Below, one piece after another: positions 36,724 through 49,765 of a stretch of DNA of 64,000 bases. Numbering within the stretch: the first letter of the stretch is position 1; each line of letters begins with the position of its first letter. This DNA is from Podarcis filfolensis. Taxonomy: Eukaryota. Location: NCBI GenBank assembly GCA_964270895.1, contig OZ185437.1; one strand, written 5' to 3'. The translations under genes and the position numbers were made by a program. The notes below the pieces were generated by a model, which worked only from the letters and a program-made list of their open reading frames with translations, had not been told where the DNA came from and did no database searches.

Positions 36724-37076
36724 CCAAGGCTCTTAAATGATATTATAAATATAAAGGCAAGTGACAGCCTTCTAGCCTTTTCCTCTTTTCCTCATATTCT
36801 GAAGGGACAGAAGACAAAAACTGGAAAATGCAGCAAATGAATTGGTTGGAGACACTGATTAAGACCACCATACCACGGTGCCAATTGCCATGTCCTGAAA
36901 AACTCCTGAATGTTAACAACAATGGGAAGATGTCCACAAAACCTGCTGCCCATCACACCAGATGGGTTCAATTTCTTCTGGTGCACAGACTCATTAAGAG
37001 GAAAAGATTGCTGGAACGGAAACGACCATTGCAACAAACACTTCCCACCCCATGATGGATTGCTTTGCATGATGGA

Positions 37077-37302
37077 CAGTCATATCTTGCTTCTCGAATT
37101 TAATCCGTTCTGGGACTCAACACCCAAAATGGTTCGAGAACCAAGTCACAGCTTCCAATTGGCTGCAGGACCTTCCTGCAGCCAATCGGAAGCCGCGACG
37201 GACATTTGGCTTCCGAAAAACATAACAATCACTTCCAGTTTTCAATCGTTTGGGAGTCAAAACGTTCGAGTTTAAAGGCGTTCGGCTTCCAAGGTATGAC
37301 TG
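37077..37302. mobile_element. Tc1/mariner-type MITE
   Basis: TIR CAGTCATATCTTG / CAAGGTATGACTG, TA on the right (left flank GA); central palindrome ATTGGCTGCAGG-ACCTT-CCTGCAGCCAAT. Confidence 0.8.
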
Positions 37303-38076
37303 TATTCTGTCCTATTCTTTAGGGTCCTACACATATCTAAGGCTTGTCACTTTGTCTACTTAGAGCATGGAAGTTGAAGGCATTAAGAGACGAATGAATT
37401 CTTGAGGCTTGTGAAAGGCGGAATTCATCCTGGGAACATTAAAAATGCTTCAGTGGAAAGAATTGGGCCTTCAGTGGAGCAGAGAGGGAGAAAAACTGAC
37501 CTCACTACAGTGAGGTACTGTGGCACAGGTTTGTCTCCTGTCTCGTCACAAAGAAAACCAACTTATTCTTGAAGAACCCTTCCAACCAAATAGAAAAGGA
37601 CACAAAACCATTCATGCTGGGCTGCTAAGTACACAGTTGCTTTCATGCTTCCTGCGCTGGCTCTCGGGAGATACTAGTCATTCTCAAAGAGCACTTCTCA
37701 TCAGAACAGCTCTGCAAGGCCATGGGTTAACAAGTCAGAGTTAGAGCAGGCCTTTTCAGGAATCACCTATATGGTAGTCCTATCCCCAAGTCCAGTAGGA
37801 TATAAGAGTACCCGATGTCCTCCTGGCTCTCACTTAAAAAATAGTAATATTCCCAACGCCCTGGAGAAATAAAAGTGAGTGTGGCTTTGGAAGGAGAGGC
37901 ACAAAAGACCTCCCTCAAAAGAAACTGGGAATGAGCCTCCTCTCTCCAGACTTCCATGTTTATTCTTGCCTATCTGGGTCAAGAGGAAAGGTTTATATTG
38001 ATGCAGAATACACTGCCTCCAAAGGGAGAGCTGCCTTTCAAGATGTTATACATTATGTACATACTGTATATGTATG

Positions 38077-38255
38077 CAATGCTTTTTTCTAAAAAAATAA
38101 TATATGTTTAGGGGTACTCTCATTTTGACTCAAGAAAATCACTATTTTATAGTTCAAATCGGGGGAAATAAATACAGTAAATGGACAAAACTACGAAGAT
38201 TCACAAAATGTGTATGGGTATGCGTATCCCTGTGTACCCCCAGAAAAAAACACTG
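38077..38255. mobile_element. hAT-like MITE
   Basis: TIR CAATGCTTTTTTCT / AGAAAAAAACACTG; 8-bp flanks TATGTATG and TACATATG. Confidence 0.7.
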
Positions 38256-38301
38256 TACATATGCATGTGTTATATGCTAACATACAAAAATTATAGTTAC
38301 A

Positions 38302-38518
38302 GGTAGGTAGCCATGTTGGTCTGCCGTAGTCGAAACAAAATGAAAAGATTCCTTCCAGTAGCACCTTAGAGACCAACTACGTTTGTTATTGGTATGAGCT
38401 TTCGTGTGCATGCACACGTATCTGAAGAAGTGTGCATGCACACGAAAGCTCATACCAATAACAAACTTAGTTGGTCTCTAAGGTGCTACTGGAATGAATT
38501 TTTTTTATTTTGTTTCAA
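38302..38518. mobile_element. Penelope-like element remnant (inverted pseudo-LTR pair forming a long palindrome)
   Basis: 65-bp arms 38353-38417 and 38430-38494 with one mismatch; flanks ATACAAAAATTAT(A)GTTACA at 38282-38301 and 38519-38537; contains a hammerhead motif typical of PLE pLTRs. Confidence 0.75.
38418..38455 (+). ncRNA. minimal type I hammerhead ribozyme motif
   Basis: GTAT-CTGAAGA-A-GTGTGC(AT)GCACAC-GAA-AGCT-C-ATAC: helix I GTAT/ATAC, core CUGANGA, helix II, GAAA, palindromic helix III AGCT, CUC cleavage triplet. Confidence 0.7.
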
Positions 38519-39125
38519 ATACAAAAATTATGTTACACTGGAAGGGGGAAACCCAACCATTTCCAGTCTGTTTCTCTAGCTGCCTGAAAGGACAACATAC
38601 GAGAGCTTGTAAAGCAGCCCTTACAGAAACAATATTCAGCACTACAGAATACATATGTGTATTCTGGTTTTCTCAACAGGAAATACCTACATAAAATATC
38701 TCTTAATTCCTCTGTGACAGTGTATCTTCTGCATTATAAGCACTGCTAGGATTTTATATGCTAAATTCTAGAGACTAGTAGTTTGAACACTAACAATGGG
38801 AGATTTAACTACAATAATAATATGCAGTTCTTGTCAAATTGACACATTACATATGGACCAAAGAAGGTGGGCAATGCTTTTTATAAAGAATTGCCAGTCC
38901 TTTATTCATTCATTACTAGAAGGGTAAAACATACTCAATTCTGAATAGTGATCATGTACTTGGGATTTGTGCTGCCGTGTTTCTGTTACTGTCCTTGTGT
39001 ATGTTATTCGTTCTGATAACACAAATATCTCTTTCTTAGAAAAGTAATTTATTTTATTTATTCATTTCATTACACTGATGTTGGTATTAAAAGCTTTCCT
39101 GTTGGATAGTCAAATGGCAGTTTAC

Positions 39126-39304
39126 CTGCAATAATTTCTCGGAGTTTTGGATCGAGGTTCACTGTACATGGAAGAAAGGTTTTTACATCACGTGCTGTAA
39201 GGACTGGAGTTCGTGAAGACAAAAATACTTCAAAGTTGCGAATATCCCCATCAATTTCAAGCAGAGGTTCGACATCTTTAGTTGTTGGAATATTCTTTGA
39301 AATT
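39126..39304 (-). CDS. KIDINS220: KIDINS220 exon ([19 protein letters not shown]...DPKLREIIA)
   Basis: Phase 2-1, 179 nt, AG/GT bounded. Confidence 0.98.
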
Positions 39305-41817
39305 CTACAGAAAGCAAAGAAACTCCACATTATAAAGTCCTGAGTAAATTCAGACAGAAGGTTTATCAGGCATTTCTGTCTAGCTAAGGATCACAAACCT
39401 AGTAACAGATCTATCATTACTAACTTAAACATGTTCCTATCCAAATCTTCCCTCAGATAATTCACAAACAACTTGTAAACAAATGTAGCTTTTCACACAT
39501 TCATGGTTGAGATTGCCGCAAAACAAAGTTAAGAACGAGAACAAAGAGTTAAAGTTTTTTGGTTTGGATTTTTTTCAAAACAAGATTCCGAAAGAAAAGG
39601 AGCTGAAGACTTAGATGAAAAACCACAGCTGAGAAGTCACATGAAGCAAATTAGCTGAATTTTAATGCCAGCTCTGCTTAAGTCTGAATGTGAACAGTGT
39701 TCTGCATATGATGAACAATACTCCTGTTCAGAGGCTAATAGCCTACTGCTGTTTTATAGATTGAAATCTCTATTCTAACCTTCTGAGCTCAATACATTAA
39801 ACTATTATGTTGAAAGAGATATTTATGTAAATGATAATCTTTTGGTGAAGGGCCACAAATCTATGTGTCTGTGCTTCTCAACTTAAAAAAAAGGAAAACG
39901 CTCACCCACAAATTTTTGCAAAGTTACATGCCCTTAAAACCCAAGTTAGTTCAAAGACTACACATTATGCGATGGAGGCAGCAGTATTCTTGTTTTGGAA
40001 CATCTGCTGCTAATAAACCTTAGTTTCTCTCAATGCATTAGTAGAAAGGACCATGGAGGAACAAAGTGACCATGATTCGCTCTCCAGAAACACATGTTCA
40101 CACTAAGCCAAACTTTAGTGACCCAACCAGGCCAATATGTGCACATTATTTTGTGCCAAAACTGAGAACAGGAAGATGGGAAGTTGCCACAGAGTTAACG
40201 ATGGTTTGTTGGTGCTCTTTTATGTTTTGTTGACCGCTCAAACTCTCATGCACTATGAAGATTGTTTCAGTTAGGGATTAACACTGTGAGGTAAGGCACT
40301 CACATGCACACTACAGAATTTGGAAGCCTGAATTGCTTCTTGCTAAACTCCTTTTTATTTGTCTTCTGTTTATCAACAGTAGCAATTCTATCAACAGTAA
40401 GCCTCACTGAACACAAGTGGAACTTGTTTCCAATGCATACACAAATTTGGGTTGTTCATTTCCATTTTTTCCAACTCACTTTTTCCTGGGGATTGTTGCC
40501 TTTTGAACTTCTGCTCTTCTTATCTCCAAATTTTACAATTCACCCTACCTCGGCTCCTTCAACACAAGATTAGGATGAAGCCAGGCAGAGCAAACTACAC
40601 TTATCAGTTATACAAGGTAATTAACAGAATGTTTTGTTCGTTCTTTCTTTTTTTTGCATCAATAATCTTTGCCTTGTATTAAGGAGACAGGTTACTCAGG
40701 GAGTTGAATTTTAAGGCTACAAGGAAGTTAGCAAGAGTAAGAGTAAACAGCAGGAATTTCTGAATGTTTCGGAATCAGAAAATCACGTGTGTATATTTTT
40801 AGAAGCGCGGATAAATAAAGATAGTATCAAATGGTGGATGTAAGTTCATCTATTACAAGGCTTCAGTGATGGTTTGAAAGACCTTCCATAAATACGAACC
40901 TTTTGTCTACTACATAGACAGTTGAGATGGTCAAAATAGAAAGATCAATCAGATGGTGGAAATAATGGGAATATAATAAATAGAAAGGGATTAAATGCAT
41001 GGTTGTACTGAGAATGCTAGTTAAGAGATGGTCAGTATGAGAGGCTGGGTGTAAAGTGACAGGGAGAAAGGTAAAGAGTCTGAGAGTATGGGTATTCTCC
41101 AATAAAGAGGACTGGTGTGTGTGGGTGTGTTTATGTGTGTTCATGCTATGGGTTGTTTGGAAGTGTAGGCTGCTCATCTTGAAACAAAATTTGCAAATTC
41201 AACTATTACAGCTTGTTAAAAAAGAGACGAGGCAAATTAGCAATCAAGTAAAAAATCAGAAATAGACAGTTGATATCAGGCTTGTCGTACCACTGAGATA
41301 TGTATAAGAACACTAAGAATGTAAAATAAGGACAAAGTAAAATGGTGTACTAAACATATGCATATCATTTCTGGCAGCCAAACTAAGTAATTAGGGGAAA
41401 TTAGATAATTGGGTATATTTTAAGGCAAGCTGAAGGGGAGAATGCAATGAACACAAGAAGGAATTTGCTAACAAAAACAAGGCACATCCAAATAACAATA
41501 TCTGGGTAGTGCCAGAATATAGACACGGCATATAATTTTGCAGAGGAGATGGCACATCATGTGTGCTGCTGGTTTATTTCCTTTTTAACGGTAACAGGCC
41601 ATGGGATGGGGTGGGAAGTACAGCTGGCTAGGCAAATGGTAAAAAAGGAGCAATGGACTGTCCTCCTTTCTAAAGCTTTGACCACTGTTTCTGTCCATGT
41701 GGACCCTTGGAGGCAGACTCCTCTTCGGCAGATGGGTGCAATCAACAGCAGAAAGTGTCTATCCCACCAACTGTTATGTTTATGCGCGTAGCTAAACTCT
41801 GAAATCCGCTCCCACAC

Positions 41818-42075
41818 GAGCCAGCGACGGCCACCAACTCAGACGGCTTTAAAAGAGGATTAGACAAATTAATTCTGTGACCTCTATGATCTCTAATGGA
41901 GGGTGAGGCTGTAAGTGGCCACTAGCCATGTTGGTTATGATCTACTTTACAGGCAGTATGCCTGGGAATGCCAGCTGCTTGGAATCACAAGTGAGAAGAG
42001 TGCTGTTGCTCTCAGGACCTTCCCATAGCCATCCCACTTTGAGAAAAGGATGCTGGACTGGATGAGCCACTGGGA
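41818..42075 (+). mobile_element. degenerate CR1/L2-group LINE 3' end
   Basis: GGCCACCAACTCAGACGGCTTTAAAAGAGGATTAGACAAATT...GGATGCTGGACTGGATGAGCCACTGG resembles the common squamate LINE 3'UTR. Confidence 0.65.
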
Positions 42076-44199
42076 GGTGGGGCAAGAAAATGTCAGGATA
42101 AGCTATGGGAGGGGGAAATGTTACATATTAGAAAAGTAATTGTAAGCACACGCTAACACGTAGGTTGTATCTAATGCAGTGCCCTTGCAAGAAGACCCAA
42201 ATTTCCCATTGAAATCAAAGTACCTAACTCTTGTCAGGACTGCATCAAAGTGGCTGCTTTTGGATGCAATGCTAAGCCAGCTATATAAATTTTAACAAGA
42301 AAGTGCAACTTCAAAAAGCACCACCTCCATACAGACTCAATAGAACCTCATATATTTCTCCCTCTCTCCCTTAAACAAAACTGGTTAAAACTGTCCTAAA
42401 ATAGAAACCCGCTACCACCTACTGGTGAAGAAACCTTTTTTTAAAAAAAGAATTACCTTGTACAAATGTTCTCATTTTTAAAAAGCACCCTACAAATCTC
42501 AAATACAGTTTATAGAATGAGTAATTATCATTTGTCTAAATGTGGTACTGGAAAAGTAGACAGAAAATGCTCGAGTTTTCATTTCTCTTTTCTCAGTTAT
42601 GTATATGTTAACAAAAAAAAATCTCAAATGATTTAGACAAAGGCTTTTAGCTCAACACATAATTGCAACAAAATTACAATAATTGTCCCAATTAAAATAA
42701 TCCTGAATGAACAGTTTGTCATCTTAATGTTCTGATGGTTTATAGAAGGATCTACTTAATTAGCTGAAATTGCTTTCCAGTGTTAGTATCAAATGTCATT
42801 TGTTAAAAGTTGAACGATTTGGAAAATAATTTAACAAAAGCAACTTTACCAAACATCAAGAACCAACATTTTTTTCCCAGCTGAATAAAGCAAGCAGATG
42901 TGTCATCAAATTGCTATAAAAATAAATGAGCCTTTTTATGGGAGGGGGGATTTAAACTTTACTACTGGTGCTAAAGATTTCTTATTCTGATTTTTTATCA
43001 GCTCAGATTTCTTTAATAAAACATGTATCATTTATGCCTTCTCCTATTAACACACTGTAAATACTTTTTCAAACCCTACTAACAACCTAGAGAGACAGAA
43101 ATATGTTCCATTTGCTAAAAGCAAAGTTATAACGCAGAAGTTATATTATTTACCCCAGAAAAATGCTGTTTAATAGAACACACCAAATTTTATCATTAGA
43201 ACTGGTAAAAATACTGAGCAATGCACATTTATCTGCAGAACTTAAGACACTCTATATATACCCCAGGGGCACTTAGGGCTATATCACATGAGAACATTTT
43301 CACTGTCAGAATAGAGCTTCCATGGAGCACAAGCCCACCTGAGACCCCCCCCCAAGCTTTTTCAGACGTATTTTATAGTGTTCCTGCTGATTAGACTTCA
43401 GTGAGGTAGCTAGTGGGAAGCAACTAAAAACCTCTCTCACATTCTTGCTGTCTGAAGATTATGCACGCCATAGTTTGCAAACCAGGAGTGGAATTGGTTA
43501 GTTTCAAGAAGGATTTACATCACTGCATGTGTAATTATATGCAAAAAACAGGAAGTGGAGTGAAACTTGGAAAGCAGAAGAAGAGCTCACATTCAAGAAT
43601 TTGGCTTCTATTTGGAAACCATGGTTTGCTGAGTACCAAGCAATATACCTGCACTGGGCCTTGGAATTGTAAGAACAGACGCTCATTTACAGGTAGATGA
43701 ATTCGTGTTTGTAGCTATGCATAACCTGCAAGCCACACAGAGTATCCCTCACCTATTTCAGTGTTTAAAAGTTACAGAGAAGCTACTGAAACGAACAGGA
43801 AACAAGCAGGAAGACAAATATGAATTCTAGATTTAATGTTAAAACGCTGAATGACAGACCTCTTCACCAATATCATTGGTATGTTAGTGCCATCTGCTGG
43901 AAGATTAAAGGCAGTTACTAATGAAAAAGAGGCTTTCCAACTCTATACACATTTATCTGGAAGTTCCACCGAACTCAACAGGGCTTTCATCTGAATTGTA
44001 CTGCAGACATTTTCCGGCAGTTTATCTAACTGGTACTAACAATGAACGTTAACCTACCGTTACGACATACTACATTAGAAGGGCAAAGCTATTCAATCCA
44101 AATGGAGACCCTATAACTAACAGTTCTGTAGCTCGGGCATATCCGACCTTGGCCCAAGTACTGCCAACCCTGCTGGAGCAAGCAAGCAGGCAGAAGCCC

Positions 44200-44525
44200 C
44201 GGCTACTGTTGTTCTTTCCTGGACCTATTAGCCTGCTCTCATGGCAATTTGAGGTTTTCTAATTCCTTGATACCATCTTGGCTGTGAGTCCTGGAAGATC
44301 TACAGGCCTTTTTCCACCTGGCCTGGGAACGCAGGGCCCTGACTGACTCCAGCTCCAGAAGCTGAGGCTTGCTGAACAGACTCTTGCACTGGGGGTGCTA
44401 TTTCAGGTTTTTTTGTTGGGGGAAGGGCTGCTGCTGTTATGGATTTATTTTTTTTTGCATCTTTATTTTTAGATCATACTATGATTTATGTTGAAATTGT
44501 TTGGTTTGGCTGTGAACCTGTTGAT
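44200..44525 (+). mobile_element. possible degenerate L2 3' end
   Basis: GGCCTTTTTCCACCTGGCCTGGGAAC followed by a T-rich tail ending GCTGTGAACC; highly diverged. Confidence 0.35.
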
Positions 44526-45132
44526 GTGTTTTATTTATTGTTTATGGCTAATTTTCTTATGCGTGTAATTATGTAGATTTCTTCATGTCCAAACCATGCT
44601 CAAGGTGGCTTGCAACTATGGAAAGGTGGAACACAAATAAAATGATGAACGAATGTATCAAAGGAGTATCCCAAAAGGGAACAAGGACACACAGAAGGTG
44701 GTAAATGTGTTTAATCCCGTACTTAGTATTTGTGTGATGTGTAACACGTAACAAGTTTTTGAAGACCTTAACGTGCATTACCTAGTCATAATCCTTATAT
44801 CTATTTTATGGGGTGAATCAATGTCATTATCCCACACCCCATGGCAGAGGTGGACAACTGCCCAAAGCGTATTCAGTTCATGGCAGAGTAGAGATTAAAA
44901 CGAGTTACTATACAACAACTAGTTACTATACTACAACTATTCCTTACATTTATGTTCCCAAGAAGATTTGGATGGATAGACCATTAGATTATGTTATACT
45001 GTGTCCCTGTTGCTTTTCCAATGACGGACAAAAGAAAAAACTAGAAGACAGCGACAGCCATTAATGCCTTACTCTCTTCATTTAACAGATATAATTATAC
45101 CCCATTCTGTTAACGAATCATAGCGCCTAATT

Positions 45133-45267
45133 CAGGCATGGCCAAACTTGGCCGTTCATCTGATGGGGGCCTACAATTCCATCATCCCTGACCACTGGTC
45201 CTGTTAGCTAGGGATGATGGGAGTTGTAGTCCCCAAACAGATGGACGGCCAAGTTTGGCCATGGCTG
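45133..45267. mobile_element. hAT-like MITE, near-palindromic
   Basis: TIR CAGGCATGGCCAAACTTGGCCG / CGGCCAAGTTTGGCCATGGCTG; no clear TSD. Confidence 0.75.
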
Positions 45268-45542
45268 TATCTTTTAGCATAGTACTTAAGAATCACAAGT
45301 TATAGTAATCAAAAATAGTAATAGCATATCACAAATACTCACATCTTATTTTGTGAGTTTGAAGCATTTGCCCAACAAAGCAAAGCATTCAGACATATGG
45401 TAATTTGTAAGTACCCGAACCCCAAAATAATTTACTCCCATCTGCTGTGGACATTTACTTTCTCTCACCCAGGAAACAAAGATAGTTAAATCCTGACTTT
45501 TGAACACCCACCAACAAATGGAAATTTCAAAATCACGCCTAC

Positions 45543-45705
45543 CTCTCATAGATAGTTTTTAATGTTAGCTGATCTGGAACACCTTCTGTTTCTTCCAGAT
45601 ACAATATGAGCCAAGAGGTCCTGTATGGCCACTGTTCTGTCAAGTTGATCCAGCTAGCCAGTCTATCCCAGTTGAAAGTGATCTGATTAGCTCTCAGTAA
45701 ACGAC
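45543..45705 (-). CDS. KIDINS220: KIDINS220 exon ([32 protein letters not shown]...KTIYER)
   Basis: Phase 1-2, 163 nt, AG/GT bounded. Confidence 0.98.
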
Positions 45706-46339
45706 CTTTAAAATATGAAACGCTGTGTAGGTAATTTTCAAAATCCACAGCTGAGCCATACCTTTATTTGGACCAACCAAAATGTCACCAACAACCAAGC
45801 AAGTTCTGAGTTCACAGGAAGGAACTTAATGGCCACATATGGACGTGACGCGAAGTCACAAGTTGGTTTAGCCGTACTGTGCATAAATCCTTCAAGTGGG
45901 GCAACAAAGCATACAGCAACTGACTCAGCATTGTATCTAGGCCAGCGCTCATGGTTTGTTTTCCCCAAAACAAACCAGTTAGGAAATCAAGAATAAACCT
46001 TGCCTTCATAATATGAAACCACATTTCATTTCTCTTCCGCAATAGGTTTCCCCTTTCTTTCCCACCCCACCAGCCTCTCAACATCTGATTCTGGGGGTGC
46101 ATGGAAGGCTATGGGAGGGAGGGGAAGAAATGGAAGCCCCACTGCGTGAGTAGAAGCTCGTTCTGTTCATGCACAGATAAATATGCCCCCATGTACTTTA
46201 TACTATCAATGCTTTGCTTTTCTCAAGTTAGCTTCTCTGATCATATCAGAGGCAATTTGTTGAAAAACCTGATCGTTCTGTAATTTTTCAGCCAACTTCA
46301 CTATTGAAGGGTGATAAAAAGCTCTTGATTGAACCCAAA

Positions 46340-46570
46340 AGCCATTATATCACAGAAGGCATGACGCCTTGTCCCCCCAACTTCGAAGGCCCGGGGCTGC
46401 ATGACATCAATGCGGTGTGCGCACATGACATCAGCACGCCCTGCACCATGCTGACATCACTTTTGCACATCACAGGGTGTGCGGCCACCACAGAACTTTG
46501 TGTGGACCCGGCCCCTTCAATGAAAATTTGAGGCCTTGGCCCTCACAGCCCCAAATAGATGGCGCCCCTG
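46340..46570. mobile_element. GC-rich MITE-like remnant (Harbinger-like end GGCGCCCCTG)
   Basis: CpG-rich island in an AT-rich intron with repeated TGACATCA units; only one terminus is recognisable. Confidence 0.4.
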
Positions 46571-46936
46571 CACCACAGGCTGATCACCAACCGTAAACAG
46601 AAAATCATGCAACTCCAGCAGCCATAGTTTGGCTCACCTGACACTGCCCAAATTTTCTCTGGATAATTTGACTTTTACGCAGTTTTCATGTTTATCGTGA
46701 AAACAGTGTGTAATGAATATGGTGTAAATTATTTGATTTCTCATCACCCAAAGTCTCATTTCCATGGCTCACTCTAGGGAGGAACTGTGGACTTGACCTC
46801 CATGAACAGGTAAACAGTTTTTCTTTCCTAAGGCACCTAATGGACTATGATACATGGCTGACATGTACACATAGCATGGAAACTGTAGGTTTTAAATGCC
46901 TCACTTTGATATGTAAATTATAATAAGGAAACACAC

Positions 46937-47081
46937 CTGTCACAGAAACAATATTTAGCAATCGCCTCATAGTCTGCGGGCTAATATCACTGAACCAGTC
47001 TTCTGTAACCAAAAGTTTAGTCAGATCAAAAGACATTTGACGTGTAATGGTACGCTGAATTTGTCTTCTTCTGTAAGTGTC
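46937..47081 (-). CDS. KIDINS220: KIDINS220 exon ([20 protein letters not shown]...LLNIVSVT), includes the RQMS kinase-site motif
   Basis: Phase 0-1, 145 nt. Confidence 0.98.
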
Positions 47082-47885
47082 CTAATTTTGGGGGGTGGAG
47101 AGAGAACGCAGGTATTATTTGTATGAACTGTTTTCATGTTTTACTATCTACCCCAAAGGCAAGATGTTATACTAGTGCATTTAGAGGTGAACAGAGTTGG
47201 ACAAAGACCAGGAGTCACTAACGTACTTCAAAATGTCTCACCAAGAAAAAGTAGGTAGGTATTTCTTGCAATAATTTTCATTTCAGTGACACTTTTAAAC
47301 AAAGTTAGTGATGTTGCTGTCCACAATATACTATTTCTATATCATAGATTCAAATGCTTATGAGACGTGTAGCTATCAAAAGTGTGCACCTATGGAGCTT
47401 AAAGATCTCAATGTAAGAAACAAATCAGAAATGTACTTGTATGTTTCTTCTGAACATACTAAGCCTACTTGTTAGTAAAAGCTGTATCAAAAAACAACTT
47501 CCCAAACATAATATTGAATAAATATGTCCTATTTTAAGGTTTCTATGCAGATATTTTTATTATTAGATTTGTTCCACTCTTACTATGTTTGCTTTTGATG
47601 TATATATTTTTGTAAGATGCCTTATGAGGGTTTATCTTAAAGACAGGACATTAAATGATCAACATGGTTGATCTGATCTTGCCAAGCACCACTTTCTAGC
47701 AGCAGTTTGTGGACCCAGTCCAGGGTCCACAAAGCCAATGAGCTTAAAGACTTCTGCTACATCTGAAGCCAGTTTATGAATATGAACCCAGAATACATGA
47801 CCTAAACAGCTGTTTGCTAAAATGCATAACAATAATTTACGTGTGTAAATTATGTGTAAAAGATTTCCAACTGGCCATTTCTTAC

Positions 47886-47974
47886 CCGCCTGTTGAGAGC
47901 TGTTTTGCTTCCAAACTTGGTCACATCTCCCAGGCTATTCTGTGAAACCCTTCGATCAACATCTTCATGGAATC
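47886..47974 (-). CDS. KIDINS220: KIDINS220 exon ([30 protein letters not shown])
   Basis: Phase 1-0, 89 nt, CGG|GTAAG donor; missed by the ORF track. Confidence 0.96.
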
Positions 47975-48124
47975 CTAGGAAATGTCTCTCATTAAAACAC
48001 ATTTTCATTTTACCATACAACAGATGATTTTTACTAAGTGGTAATCGTTCAAATATTTATGCTATCTTTTTAAAAAAACACCACTATTGGCATTTGATGC
48101 CTGATTATTTATAATACACTATAC

Positions 48125-48368
48125 CTGCACCATCTGAGTATGGGACATCTCCATTTGTGGTTGCAGCTACCATCATCTTTTTAGCACTACTGAGTCCACG
48201 GCTGTTAAGAAAGACAGGTAAGTGTACGATATTTCTCATGTAATCATGCCCATTTATATTTGAGTCACGGAGCACACTGTTCAGGTTCTGATTAATTGCC
48301 TTTATGATGATGTGTGGGTCACTAGCAAAAATTGCAATAAATGGGCCTTTTGAAAACAGGACTCTAAC
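48125..48368 (-). CDS. KIDINS220: KIDINS220 exon ([19 protein letters not shown]...GDVPYSDGA), KAP NTPase domain
   Basis: Phase 0-1, 244 nt. Confidence 0.98.
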
Positions 48369-49276
48369 CTGTGAAAAGAAGAAAAGAAAAATGAATGAAA
48401 TCATTCAAAATCTGTATCCCACGGGTGGTCTAGTCACAGATGGCAAAGATGGCACAAGTGGCTCAGGTAGCAAGGCTTTCATGACACTCCTAGACAGAAG
48501 TTGGAAGACCGCTAAGGCTCACCCCGCCCCCCGCCACTGCCCATCTCTTCTGTACTGCCCACTCCCAGTTCAGCAGGAGGTAAAATGTGGAAGGGGGCTG
48601 CAAATATGTACTGGGCTGTGGATTGTGAACAGCACACTCATATATTGCCACCACAGGAAGCAAAAGATTCTGCTGAGACACAAAGTTCAACAGGCTATGT
48701 TTATGGAACACAGATTGGGTTGGATCCAGAGAAGTACTTGCACAACAGGGCTCTCCCACTTTCATCTTGTCACTTCAGCCCTTCACACTCTACAAGAAGT
48801 TGCCTTCCGGGATATTTTGGGATGTGACTAATGGAACTGCTGAAGGGGGTAGAAATGACAGAAATCAAGAGGAGGGACTGTTGAAACAGTGCCTTCCACT
48901 CATGCAAGGGATTCTCTGGAGCTTGTTGCTGTAGTTTCTTCAGGTTAGCTCACAAAGGGCGGGGGGAATGAAATCACTTTTCAATGTTATAGTTCCAAAA
49001 CAATTCACACAATCTCTTCAGGCAAAGATCTTAACTTAGGAGCAAGCCCCCGATATAAGTGGAACACAGGCTTGGGCTGTGAGTTCCACTGAAAGCAAGT
49101 CAACTCAAAACAGCTAAATTATTCCACTGGTTTTGGTAAGATTTAGTCACAACTACTCAGTCTGGATTGAAACCAAATATAAAGGAAATCTTATTCTCAT
49201 ATACTTGACTGATTTCAGAACACTCAAAGTGTTTGATTGCCCAAGAGCACTCAAAGGTAAAATAGTAGTTACTTAC

Positions 49277-49417
49277 TGTGTCAAGCATCTGTAAAACTTT
49301 GTCCTGCTCGCATGCATCCAATCCATCAATAATTACCGCAAGCCTGGTTTGATTCTGAGTAAAGCTATCAATGGTTTTTGCCATCTTTGCCATCAGTTCC
49401 ACTTCACATTTAAGAAC
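49277..49417 (-). CDS. KIDINS220: KIDINS220 exon ([11 protein letters not shown]...[21 protein letters not shown]), Walker B of the KAP P-loop domain
   Basis: Phase 0-0, 141 nt. Confidence 0.98.
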
Positions 49418-49765
49418 CTATCAAAATAAAAGTAGTGTTAAAACGGCAGTGTTACCATCCTCCAACACGAATCTCATTGAAATGACACATTTTGCTTTCA
49501 CTGTTTAAAACAGTGAACCCCTTTTGCACAAATGTATTCCTTAGGTTCACTGGGAATTAAATATAAATCAAGGCTGCTTAGAGGTTTTATTTACAATTAA
49601 GTAGTGTACAAATTCTATTGAATAAAAAAGACAGAAATGTTCAATGATATAACTGATAAAGTGCTTTATTCTCATGACTCCCCACCTTTTAAATTTCAAG
49701 TTAAACAAGCATCATACAATTCAAAGCACCTGCCACAGTTTTTATGACAATATAATAATACTTAC

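Noticed and set aside
38390-38417. Second hammerhead on the minus strand from the left palindrome arm
   Set aside because: The inverted copy has helix II, GAAA and helix III but is truncated before the CUGANGA core
40860-41180. Purine-rich stretch with a His/Leu-rich minus-strand ORF
   Set aside because: Probably an ancient LINE remnant or compositional bias; too degenerate to call
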